64,000 nt of DNA from Rhodothermales bacterium (GTDB taxonomy: Bacteria; Bacteroidota; Rhodothermia; Rhodothermales; BA12): positions 8,676-72,675 of the forward strand of contig CAWFGU010000021.1 in the NCBI GenBank assembly GCA_963815505.1. Direction: 5' to 3'. Every line of letters starts with the position of its first letter. Position 1 is the first letter of the stretch. This document shows, in pieces, positions 38,770 to 48,300 of the stretch. Below the pieces are notes generated by a model. That model did not search any database. It had not been told where the DNA came from and worked only from the letters and a program-made list of their open reading frames with translations. The translations under genes were made by a program, and so were the position numbers.

Positions 38770-39093
38770 TTAGAGAGAGTCGATACGAGTGGTGTGCGTC
38801 GGGGATTCCTTGGCCCGGTCGAATGACTCTCGCTCATCGGCAAGTTTTTCGAGACGAGCGATGCGGCGATCCGTCCGTGCGATGAACAGGGCAATGCCGA
38901 TCCAGATAACAGTCAGGACGGCGGCGACGACGTAGAGTTTGTCTTGCTGCAGCAGGTAGACTTCCAGCCCATAAGGCGGCGCGTCCGGCACAGCCTGAGT
39001 AGATACCAGCGCAGCACCCGCAGAAACCGACGCCAACGAGTCAGCGGTGGTCGTTAGCGAGTCTTGGAGCGTCGAGAGCATCGGGAGAGACAT
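38770..39093 (-). CDS. ccmD: CcmD-like small membrane protein
   Basis: TGATG overlap with ccmC. KLYVVAAVLTVIWIGIALFIARTDRRIARLEKL. Unusually long N-terminal tail. Confidence 0.55.
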   Translation of the reverse strand: MSLPMLSTLQDSLTTTADSLASVSAGAALVSTQAVPDAPPYGLEVYLLQQDKLYVVAAVLTVIWIGIALFIARTDRRIARLEKLADERESFDRAKESPTHTTRIDSL

Positions 39094-39800
39094 CACAGCG
39101 CGGAAGGAGGATCGAGGCGGCGCTCAGCGAAGGCGAGGCGGACACGCTGCGTGTAGAGCACCCAGAACAGCGCGATGAACAGCAGGAACGACGGGTAGAG
39201 GACGACGCGCATCAGCGGATGCGTGATCTGGCTGAACGCCGGATTGCCCTCGGCACCGGGATGGAGGCTCGCCATCTGACGCGGCAGGACGTAGAGCAGA
39301 AACGGGACGGTGGCGAAAGCGAACAGGTTGTACGCCGCCCCGATGCGCGCGCGCAGCCGCTCGCCGTCGAACGCCGTCCGCAGGATGAAGTACGCCGCGT
39401 AGATCAGCATCACGACGGCCGCCATCGCCTGCTTGGGATCGTTGTTCCACCACTTGCCCGTCCCCTGATACCACGTGAAGCGCGCCCAGATCATGCCGGT
39501 CACCAGGCCCAGCGTGCCAAAAAGCAGAAGCAGCCGCGCCGCCTCGCGCGAGCGCACGTCGCGCGCAATGTCGCCCGTACGCAGGTACTGCCCCGCATGC
39601 CACGCCGACACGCCACTGGCCGCCATCAGCGTGAACCACATCGGCACGTGGAAGAACAGGTTGCGTGCCGTCTGCGCCAGGATATTGTCGACGCGCGGGA
39701 AGTCGATCAGGAAGCCGCCGAGCACGACCAGCGTCAGTCCGACGAACACGATGGCGCGGACGATGCGATAGCGGCGGAGGTTGACTTGTGCGACGGGCAT
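39093..39800 (-). CDS. ccmC: Heme exporter / cytochrome c assembly protein CcmC
   Basis: ATG 39800. FFHVPMWF, WARFTWYQGTGKWWNNDPKQ (W-rich motif). Confidence 0.85.
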   Translation of the reverse strand: MPVAQVNLRRYRIVRAIVFVGLTLVVLGGFLIDFPRVDNILAQTARNLFFHVPMWFTLMAASGVSAWHAGQYLRTGDIARDVRSREAARLLLLFGTLGLVTGMIWARFTWYQGTGKWWNNDPKQAMAAVVMLIYAAYFILRTAFDGERLRARIGAAYNLFAFATVPFLLYVLPRQMASLHPGAEGNPAFSQITHPLMRVVLYPSFLLFIALFWVLYTQRVRLAFAERRLDPPSAL

Positions 39801-40124
39801 GACAATCGGCGGTGGACTAATGCTAACGACGCGGACGCATCCACTTTCCCAACGCGACGTGAATACAGCCAAAACGCACGAGCGGTGCATCAACCGGATT
39901 CGAGAGGCTGACCACACAGAACAAACCCACCACGGGGGGCGACTCCTCTAGTCGCCCAGAGGCCAACGTGCCGCCAGTTGGACGAGACATCCCCAAATCT
40001 AGGTCGTAGGCGAGCGGCAGCTATATAAGTCCGGCGGTCACCCCAGATTGCCACCTTGCAAGGGCGGGGCAGGCTGTCGCTACGCTCCTCGCAATGACGA
40101 AGGGAAGAATCGCAGGGTTGAGCG

Positions 40125-40841
40125 TCAGTCTGCCCAGACGTACTCGAAGAGTAGCGCCGATGCCGTGATCACCGTCGCCGCGAAGAGCGCCAGCGTCGTC
40201 AGATCGCCTTGAGCCGTCGACCAGAGGAACGCGCCGGAGAGGGCGCCGCGTGTCAGGCGGACGCCGGGGAGCAGGACGGGAACGAGGAGTGGAAACAGCA
40301 GGACCGGGAGCAGGGCGGCGCCTCGCTGGTCGGCCCGGGCCAGCATCGACGCCAGCAACGTAGCGGCTCCGGCCAGTCCGACGGCGCCCAGCGCAAGACT
40401 CCCGGCCAGCAGTCCCGGATTGGCGACGCCCTGCCCCAGGACGAGCAAAAATGCGGGCGTCGTCGACGCGCTCAGCAGGCCGACGAGTACGAGGTTGAAC
40501 AGCAGTTTTCCGGCGTAGAGCGCGTTGGGGGGCGCGTGCAGGCGCAAGAACAGCAGCGTGCCCCCCTCGGCCTCGTACACGAACGCGCGCCCCAGCCCGA
40601 CCGACGCTCCGAACAGCAGCACCATCCACAGCATCGCTGCCAGAACAGTCGGCGAGGCGCCTTCGCGGCCCAGCGCGAACCACACCAGAACTGTCGTGCC
40701 GCCGGCGAACGCCAGCGTCAGGTTGAGCGCGAACCGGCTGCGCAGCTCGAGCCGCGCGTCCTTCTCGAAGACCGCCCACGCGCTGCGCATCCAGGCGCGG
40801 GCGCGGTGCGTTGCGGTTGGTGTCGCGGATGGCTGGGTCAT
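40125..40841 (-). CDS. ccmB: Heme exporter permease CcmB
   Basis: AVFEKDARLELRSRFALN and six hydrophobic spans. Start ATG 40841 chosen over tracked 40874. Confidence 0.7.
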   Translation of the reverse strand: MTQPSATPTATHRARAWMRSAWAVFEKDARLELRSRFALNLTLAFAGGTTVLVWFALGREGASPTVLAAMLWMVLLFGASVGLGRAFVYEAEGGTLLFLRLHAPPNALYAGKLLFNLVLVGLLSASTTPAFLLVLGQGVANPGLLAGSLALGAVGLAGAATLLASMLARADQRGAALLPVLLFPLLVPVLLPGVRLTRGALSGAFLWSTAQGDLTTLALFAATVITASALLFEYVWAD

Positions 40842-40882
40842 GTGCGGCGGATTCCTTGCTCCACGATACTCCACGCCTTGCT

Positions 40883-41674
40883 ATGTCGCAGCCTTCATTG
40901 GGTCCATCTTTGCCGAAATCCGACCGCACGCGCGGCGCCCTGCTCGGCCTCGCTGCCGGCGAAGCGCTCGGTCGGCCCGTCGACAAAATGAGCCACCAGA
41001 ATGTGCGGACGTACTTCAAAGGCATCAAAGGCTACGTCGGACACGAGCGGACGGACGTGAAGGCAGGCGCCATCGGCCCCATAGCACACGGCATCCCCGG
41101 CTTCGTCATCGGCATACGCGGCGACTGGAGCGCACCAGACTTCGACCTCAACGAGGACCAGGGCGATGCGCCACCCGACACCTTGCCTGGCGACGCGCAC
41201 GACGTAGCGGGCGGAACGATCTCAGTCCTCTACGACACTCCCCACCGGCGCGACAGCGTCTTGAAAACGCTCCACACGGCGGCGCTCAGATACACGATAG
41301 AGTCCATTCCCGACCAGTTCGACTCCGATCTATTCTGGATGCACCTCGAAGAGCAGGCCCAGAGCACCGAAATGGCTCAGCCGCTCGCCGACGTGCGCGG
41401 CGCCCTCGACTACTTCCCGCTCGACCTCGCTGACGCGTGCGGAGAGACCGATACAGTAATGTCGGCGTGGCTCTTTGGCGTGGCGATGTTCGCGCGCAAT
41501 CCTCACCTCGTAGAGGCGACGCTGCTATCGGCTGTCAACGTCGGCGGATGGGCGAGCATTGTCGGGGCGACGGCGGGCAGCCTGCTCGGCGCGCTCAACG
41601 GGTGGAGCGCGTTTCCGGCTGAGTGGCGCGACGGGCTGACTGGCGCCGACGACTTGCGCGCGCTGGCCGGATAG
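40883..41674 (+). CDS. ADP-ribosylglycohydrolase-family protein with degenerate metal-binding motifs
   Basis: RTRGALLGLAAGEALGRPVD and C-terminal NVGGWASIVGATAGSLLGALNGWSAFPAEW. The canonical family has GDALG and GGDTDT. Confidence 0.55.
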   Translation: MSQPSLGPSLPKSDRTRGALLGLAAGEALGRPVDKMSHQNVRTYFKGIKGYVGHERTDVKAGAIGPIAHGIPGFVIGIRGDWSAPDFDLNEDQGDAPPDTLPGDAHDVAGGTISVLYDTPHRRDSVLKTLHTAALRYTIESIPDQFDSDLFWMHLEEQAQSTEMAQPLADVRGALDYFPLDLADACGETDTVMSAWLFGVAMFARNPHLVEATLLSAVNVGGWASIVGATAGSLLGALNGWSAFPAEWRDGLTGADDLRALAG

Positions 41675-41760
41675 CGCTCTCACGTCGGCGTTACGCCGCG
41701 AGGGAAACGCCAACACGCCGGTGCGCTTCCACCCGCCTCACCTCCATCGACCTTTCCGTA

Positions 41761-42294
41761 ATGCCCGCTACCCCGCACGTCCAGAACTCCAACGAGCCGA
41801 CGAGAGCAGAAGCCATCGAAACACTCGCCGACATCCTCACCGGCTACCGCGTCTGTATGCTCGTCACACGCGACGCGTCGGAAGGCGTACTCCGGGGCCG
41901 CCCGATGGCACTGCGCAACGACCGGTTCGAGGGCACGCTCTGGTTTCTGACCGATAGCCGCTCGCACAAAGTGGACGAAGTCGAGGACGAGCGCGACGTA
42001 TGCGTAGTCATCAGCGATCCGAGCCAGGAGCGCTCCGTCTCGGTGTCCGGTAAGGCGTTCTTGTCGCGCGACCGTGCCAAGATCCATGAGGTCTGGACCG
42101 AGGCCGACATGTCGTGGTTTCCCGAAGGGCCAGACGGCGAGCACGTGGCGCTGCTGCGCATCGAGGTGACGGCGGCAGAGTATTGGGATGCCCCGGACGC
42201 CAAACTCGTCCAACTCTTCGGCCTCGCCAAAGCACTCGTCACGGGCGAGCCATACAAAGGCGAAGGATCCGAAAATGCCAAGCTGGAGATGTGA
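41761..42294 (+). CDS. Pyridoxamine 5'-phosphate oxidase-fold / general stress protein 26-like
   Basis: ATG 41761. CMLVTRDASEGVLRGRPMAL...TLWFLTDSRSHKVDEV...AEYWD. Confidence 0.7.
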   Translation: MPATPHVQNSNEPTRAEAIETLADILTGYRVCMLVTRDASEGVLRGRPMALRNDRFEGTLWFLTDSRSHKVDEVEDERDVCVVISDPSQERSVSVSGKAFLSRDRAKIHEVWTEADMSWFPEGPDGEHVALLRIEVTAAEYWDAPDAKLVQLFGLAKALVTGEPYKGEGSENAKLEM

Positions 42295-42324
42295 GGGCCC
42301 TGGTCGGGCCAGTCTTCAGACAGA

Positions 42325-42361
42325 CAACCGCTCGGCCCTCACTTCGAGAGCCGAGCGGTTG
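42325..42361. terminator. Bidirectional terminator hairpin between convergent genes
   Basis: CAACCGCTCGGC-N13-GCCGAGCGGTTG, a perfect 12-bp stem. Confidence 0.6.
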
Positions 42362-42365
42362 CGTT

Positions 42366-43325
42366 CTACCCGACGGCGGTCGGCGTGTCGAACTCGCCGA
42401 TGAAGCCGATTTCGGTTTGGAGCGCGTACCCCGTTTCCTTTTCGACCGTCGCCTGGATGTGGTCGATTAGGCCGCGCACGTCAGCGGCTTTGGCATTGTC
42501 GGCGTTGATCAAGATGTTGGCGTGGCGCTGCGTGACCATCGCTCCACCGACGCGCAGTCCTTTCATGCCGCACCCGTCGATCAGCCGCCCCGCACCGACG
42601 CCTTCGATTTTTTTGAAGATGGAGCCAGCCGACGGCTCACTGTGCAACGGCGGATGGCGCTCGCGGCGCCACTCGATGTTGGCTTCCATCACCTCGTGCA
42701 TGCGGCCCCGGTCGCCGGGCGTGAGTTGGAACGTGGCCGATAGCACGATGTCGTCCGTGATGTGGAGCGTCGAATAGTCGTATCCGAAGTCGAACCACTC
42801 GTGATCGACGATGCGGCGCGCGTTGTCCTCGCCCAGCAGTTCGGCCGACAGCGTGACCTCCTCGACGAACATCGTCCGCTCGCGTTCGGGCGGCGGCGAT
42901 AGAAAGTGCAGGTTCTGCCACAACGCCCCGCCGACCGTCGACGGGATGCCGACGTAATGCTCCAAACCGGACAAACCCGCATCGACAGCCTCGGTGATCA
43001 CGTCGGGATATAAAACCGCGCCGCTCTCGGCCCACAACTGCGCACCGTCGCGGTCGATGCGGACGTGCCGGGCGGCATTTCTGATCACGAGCCCGCGGTA
43101 GCCGCCATCGCCGACGAGAATGTTGGCGCCCAAGCCGAGGAGGAAGAAGGGAATTTCTAACTCGCGTGCCACCGTAACGGCTTCGGCAAGTTCATCTGCC
43201 GTGTGAGCTTCGAAAAACAGATCCGCCGGGCCACCGATTCGGAACGTGGTGTAGGGAGCGAGTGAAACGTCGCGCTGGAGTCGGGGACCAAGGCGAGCGG
43301 AAAGCGCTTCGTGTTTTCTAGTCAA
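42366..43325 (-). CDS. murB: UDP-N-acetylenolpyruvoylglucosamine reductase
   Basis: LAPYTTFRIGGPADLF, GLGANILV, PSAGSIFKK. Start proposed at TTG 43325; the tracked ORF runs to 43484. Confidence 0.85.
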   Translation of the reverse strand: MTRKHEALSARLGPRLQRDVSLAPYTTFRIGGPADLFFEAHTADELAEAVTVARELEIPFFLLGLGANILVGDGGYRGLVIRNAARHVRIDRDGAQLWAESGAVLYPDVITEAVDAGLSGLEHYVGIPSTVGGALWQNLHFLSPPPERERTMFVEEVTLSAELLGEDNARRIVDHEWFDFGYDYSTLHITDDIVLSATFQLTPGDRGRMHEVMEANIEWRRERHPPLHSEPSAGSIFKKIEGVGAGRLIDGCGMKGLRVGGAMVTQRHANILINADNAKAADVRGLIDHIQATVEKETGYALQTEIGFIGEFDTPTAVG

Positions 43326-43566
43326 AATCGGTGATGGAGAAGAATAGGGCAAGGGTAAGATGGGGATAACGGCGCTGGTGTAAAAGCGTGCCCGTGCAAC
43401 GACGCCGCGACACCATTGGATGCCCATCCGAACGGCGATACGGTTCACCGGCATTGCACGACGATCCACAGATGGGGCACACAACTGAGCACCGACACAC
43501 TTTCATAACACTTGGGGCGCACTATCTTCTCTTTCCACGCGCCACCCCACTTTACCGGCGCACCGA

Positions 43567-43580
43567 TTGCCATTTGGCAA
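43567..43580. promoter_or_regulatory. Perfect palindrome TTGCCA-TT-TGGCAA, 31 nt upstream of the susC ATG (candidate operator)
   Basis: Read directly; no cognate regulator identified in the window. Confidence 0.3.
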
Positions 43581-43610
43581 CAACCCCCACACACCATACT
43601 TATAGCTACT

Positions 43611-46600
43611 ATGAGAAGCACGCTCCTCAGCGCGCTCCTCGGCCTGCTCCTCGTCCCCGCTGCCTTTGCGCAGGTTGGAACGATTCGGGGCACGGTCGTG
43701 GACCAAACGGGACAGGCTGTCCCCGGCGCCAACGTTGTCTTTGAAGGCACCACGCTTGGCACCGCCACCGACCTCGACGGGATGTACGAGTTTTCGGCTC
43801 CCGCCGGCACCTACACGCTCGTCGTCACCGCCATCGGCTACCGCACGCAGCGCGTGGCAGGCATCGACCTGACCAGCAGCGGCGTCCTCACGCGCGATGT
43901 TGTCGATCAACGCCGACGTTCTCGGCCTCGACGACGTCGTCGTTACCGGATTCTCGACGACCGCACGCCGCAACGTAACGGCCTCGATCGGAAGCGTTGG
44001 AGGCGAGAAACTCCGCGACACGCCAGTCGCCACCGCTGACGCCGCCCTCCAGGGCCGCGTGGCTGGTGTGACCGTCCTGCGCTCATCGGGCACGCCCGGT
44101 GGCGGCGTCTCGGTCCGCGTCCGCGGTGCCACTTCGATTAACGGTTCCAACGAGCCGCTCTACGTCATCGACGGCGTCCCGGTCACCAGCGGCAGCTTCT
44201 CCAACGTCGGAGCAGGTAACCAGGGCCTCAACGCCCTATCGACGCTCAGCCCCTCCGACATCCAGTCGATGGAAGTGCTCAAAGATGCCGCCGCTTCGGC
44301 CATCTACGGCACACGCGGCGCCAACGGCGTCGTTCTGATTACGACGCGTCGCGGCCAGTCCGGCCAGACGACGATCGAGTTCGAAAGCAGCTTCGGCTCC
44401 AACTCGTTCGGCCCCGTCGAATACGAGTCGCTGACCGGCCCGCAGTACATCATGCTCCGCAACGAAGGCGTCGTCAACCAGTTCGGCCCGACTCGCTTCG
44501 GTACCACATTCTACGGCAACCCCGACACGATGTCGACGACCAACTACTGGGACGAAGTCACTCGTACGGGTACCGTCCAGAACTACCGCCTCTCGGCTTC
44601 GGGTGGCGACAGCCGCACGCAGTACCGCGTCTCGGGTAACTACACCGACGAAGAAGGCGCCGTCATCGAAGCCGGGCAGCAGCGCGTAGGCGGTCTGCTC
44701 AGCGTCGACCACCGCTGGAACGAGCGCGGAACGGTTTCGGCTACCGCCAACTACAGCCGCTCGACGGTTCAGCGTGTCGGTAACGACAACTACATCTACG
44801 GCGTGCTCACCAACGGTCTGCTTGCCGCTCCTAACCAGCCCGTCTACTCGGGCGACCCGGCCGCAGGGCGTCTTCAACCGGTCGTCGGGCCCCTTCTCCA
44901 ACCCGGTCGCCGAAGCGCAGAAAGACTTCGACGCCGTGCGCACGGCATTCGTCGGTAACGCAGGCATCGGCTACGAAATCCTGCCCAAGCTGACGGCTCA
45001 GGCCAACATCGGGATCAACCGCTTCGACCTGAACGAGACGCGCTTCTCGCCCTCGTTCACCTCGCAGGGCGGCGGTACGAACGGCCAGAACGTCCGCAGT
45101 GGTACGTTCTTCCAGAACGCGATCCTGCGTGGTACGCTAAACTATCGCAACCTGTTTAACGGTGTCCACAACGTGTCCGGCTTGGTCGGCTTCACGTGGG
45201 AAGACAGCGATCAGAACGAGATCACGGCGACCGGAACGCAGTTCGCGACCGACGACGTGTACGCACTCTCGATCGCTGCCGTGACGACGGCCACCGGCTC
45301 GTCGACGGAAAGCGGCCTGCGTCGCGCCGTCGCCTCGGGCGAGTACAGCTACGACAACAAGTACCTGGCTACGTTCTCGCTCAGCGTCGACCAGTCGTCG
45401 CGCTTCGGTGAGGAAAACCAGACGGGCGTCTTCCCCGCCTTCTCGCTAGGCTGGAACGCACAGCAGGAAGGATTCCTGCAGAATGTCAGCTGGATCGACC
45501 TGTTCAAGATCCGTGGATCCTACGGACTGACGGGTAACGACGACATCGGCAACTTCGCCGCACGCGCCCTCTACGGTGGCGGTCAGGACTATGCCAACAC
45601 GCCGGGCTTCGGTCCCGCGTCGCTGGGTAACGCCTTCCTGTCGTGGGAAGAGACCGAGCAGGCCTCGTTGGGCCTCGACTTCGGCTTCTTTACGGGCCGT
45701 CTTGGTGGCTCGGTCGAGATCTACCAGAAGGATACCAACCAGGGTATCTTCAACCAGCCGTTCCCCTCGTCGAGTGGATACTTCGGTCGCGTCGGCAACG
45801 TAACGGAGTTGCGTAACCGGGGCATCGAGTTCCAGCTGGACACGCGCAACATCGACACGCGCAACTTCTCGTGGAACACGACGATCAACTTGGGCTCGAA
45901 CGACAACCAGGTCGTCAAGCTCGTTGACGGTGACTTCGACGGCGAAGGCGACCCGATCGACTCGGGCTTTGCCAGCCGCATTGCCGAAGGCGAGCCGCTC
46001 GGAGCGTTCTACGGATGGCGCTGGGACGGCGTCTTCCAGAGCGAAGACGAACTGTGCAAGAGCCAGACGGGTGAGACCTCTGCCGCTCGCAACACGCGCT
46101 GTGCAGCCGCAGGATTGGCCTTCCAGAGTGGAAACAGCTCGCTCGGAGATTTCCGGTTCAAGGACATCAACAACGATGGAATCATCAACGGCGATGACCG
46201 CGAGATTCTCGGCCACGCCAACCCGGACTTGTTCGGTGGTATCACGAATGACTTCACGCTGTATGGTTTCAACGTGAGCGCTTTCCTGCAGTTCTCGCTC
46301 GGTAACGAGACGTTCAACGCGTCGCGCCAGTTCTACCAAGGACCGGGGCAGACGTTTGGCACGAGCGCCGCGTCGCTCAACCGCTGGACGCCCGAGAACA
46401 CCAACACGGACATTCCGCGTGCCACGAACAGCGATCCCAACGACAACGACCGCGACTCGGATTACTTCATGGAAGACGGCTCGTACCTCCGCCTGCGTAC
46501 GCTGACGGTTTCGTACAACGTGCCTTCGCGCTTCCTGAACCAGATCTCGATGCGCGGATTGCGCGTGTTCTTCGTGGGTGAAAACCTGTGGACGACGACC

Positions 46601-46723
46601 AATTACAGCGGTCTCGACCCCGAAGTCTCGACGTTCGACCGCTCGAACACGGCGTTCGGCACGGACTTCTTCACGTACCCGCAGTCGCAGCGCTTCACCG
46701 TAGGCGCCCGCGTCACGCTCTAA
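43611..46723 (+). CDS. SusC/RagA-family TonB-dependent outer-membrane receptor; frame broken at about 43890 and about 44870
   Basis: Signal peptide MRSTLLSALLGLLLVPAAFAQ, a carboxypeptidase-regulatory-like domain (GTVVDQTGQAVPGANVVF...GYR), a plug (LDDVVVTGFST...LQGRVAGV), and a barrel ending FTVGARVTL. Three tracked ORFs in frames 0, 1 and 2 join seamlessly. Confidence 0.85.
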
Positions 46724-46810
46724 ACAGGTCACGTCCTAAACGAAACGAACGCACCCCGCGCTGGGGACTGGTTGCCAGACTCGGCGCGGGGTGCTTTTCC
46801 CCTTTACCCA

Positions 46811-48094
46811 ATGAATCGATTTATTCTCGCATGCGGCGCACTCGCGCTGCTCGTCCTCCCGGCGTGCGATTCGGTGCTCGACACCGAGCCCATCGCCTCG
46901 CTGACACCCGAAGTGGTGTTCAGCAACGGCGAAAACCTCAACGCCGCTCTCGTCGCTACGTACAATGCTCTTCAAGGCTTCTACGACGATTACACCATCA
47001 TGCCCGAGCTGGCGGCTGACAACGCCATTCACACCGGCTCTTTCCCCTCGTGGCAGGAAGTCGACGGAATCACCAACATTCCAGCCAACAATGCCGAAGT
47101 GCTCGGGCAGTGGTCCGGCTCGTATAGTCTGATCAACCTCGCCAACAGCGTCATCGTACTGGGCGCCGACACGCCGACCAACATCGACTTCTCCGAGACT
47201 GAGAAGGCTCAGGTCATCGCTCAGGCCAAGGTGCTGCGCGCGTTTGCGTATCACAACTTGGTGCGCTGGTTCGGTGATGTGCCGCTCATCCTTCAGCCCA
47301 CCACGCCCGCTAGCGAAGGTGCTACTCTGTTCGTGGGTCGCACGGCTGCTTCGGCTGTCTACGACCAGATCGTAAAGGATCTGACCGAAGCAGAAGCTAC
47401 TCTGCCGGCTTCGGGTCCTAGCGCGTTCGTCTCTTCGACAACGGCCAAGGCTCTCCTCTCGCGCGTATATCTCTACACGGAGAACTATGCCGGAGCAGCA
47501 GCCAAAGCGCAGGAAGTCATCTCCAGCGGCTCGTTCTCGGGAGCGGATCCTGTCTGGAACCTGACCTACTCGGTCAACGACCAGAATGGCATGGCCTTCT
47601 TCGCGTACCGCGCGGGACGTTACGAGTATGCTCCGGACCCGGACATAGCGAGTGCTTACGCCAGCGCCGATTCGACGCGCCGCAAGCGCAACATCGCCTT
47701 CGTAGGCCCCGACCTGACGATCGTCAAGTACACCGATCTCGCGACGGGTTCGGACCCGCTCTTCCCGATTCGCTACGCGGAAGTGGTGCTCAACCGCGCT
47801 GAAGCACTGGCGCGCACGAGCAACGAGAGCGGCGCTCGCGACCTGTTGAACCAGATACGCCCCGACGACCTCGGCGACATAGCCGCCACGGTTACGGGTA
47901 CTGGCCTTATCGACGCAATCATTGCCGAGCGACGCCTCGAGTTGGCTTTTGAAGGTCACCGGTGGCACGATCTGATTCGTACCGGCCGTGCACAGAGCGA
48001 ACTAGGCTTCACCGACACCAAAGCGCTGCTCTGGCCGATCCCACAGCGTGAGTTGGACATCAACTCCAACCTGACGCAGAATCCTGGCTACTAA
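46811..48094 (+). CDS. SusD/RagB-family nutrient-binding lipoprotein
   Basis: Lipobox MNRFILACGALALLVLPAC. RAFAYHNLVRWFGDVPL, ERRLELAFEGHRWHDLIR, LWPIPQRELDIN. Confidence 0.85.
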   Translation: MNRFILACGALALLVLPACDSVLDTEPIASLTPEVVFSNGENLNAALVATYNALQGFYDDYTIMPELAADNAIHTGSFPSWQEVDGITNIPANNAEVLGQWSGSYSLINLANSVIVLGADTPTNIDFSETEKAQVIAQAKVLRAFAYHNLVRWFGDVPLILQPTTPASEGATLFVGRTAASAVYDQIVKDLTEAEATLPASGPSAFVSSTTAKALLSRVYLYTENYAGAAAKAQEVISSGSFSGADPVWNLTYSVNDQNGMAFFAYRAGRYEYAPDPDIASAYASADSTRRKRNIAFVGPDLTIVKYTDLATGSDPLFPIRYAEVVLNRAEALARTSNESGARDLLNQIRPDDLGDIAATVTGTGLIDAIIAERRLELAFEGHRWHDLIRTGRAQSELGFTDTKALLWPIPQRELDINSNLTQNPGY

Positions 48095-48112
48095 GCCTAC
48101 TGCGCATGCGCG

Positions 48113-48146
48113 GAGCGGCCGTCTCACCTAGGTGGGGCGGCCGCTT
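48113..48146 (+). terminator. Hairpin after susD
   Basis: (G)AGCGGCCG-N16-CGGCCGCT(T), loop contains CACCTAGGTG, followed by CTGCGTTATC (weak T-tract). Confidence 0.45.
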
Positions 48147-48300
48147 CTGCGTTATCAAACAGAGGCCCGAGTTGGAAATGGTTCGTTTCGTGCCGTCATT
48201 GCGAGAGAAAATGAGCACCCATAGGGTGAAATCAGCTCTAGTCCCGCTGGAGGCACAGCTTTTGCGGAAGACCCTGGTACCCCCTCCCCCCTATACGATT

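Noticed and set aside
39801-40124. Bacteroidetes-type promoter (TAGATTTG, matching TAnnTTTG) in the ccmB-ccmC gap
   Set aside because: There is a -7-like match but no convincing -33 TTG at proper spacing, and it is unknown whether this lineage uses that promoter type. Too weak to call.
43575-43592. Sigma-54 promoter (TGGCA...)
   Set aside because: TGGCAACAACCCCCAC lacks the TTGC(A/T) -12 element at the required spacing. The TGGCAA is better explained as half of the palindrome.
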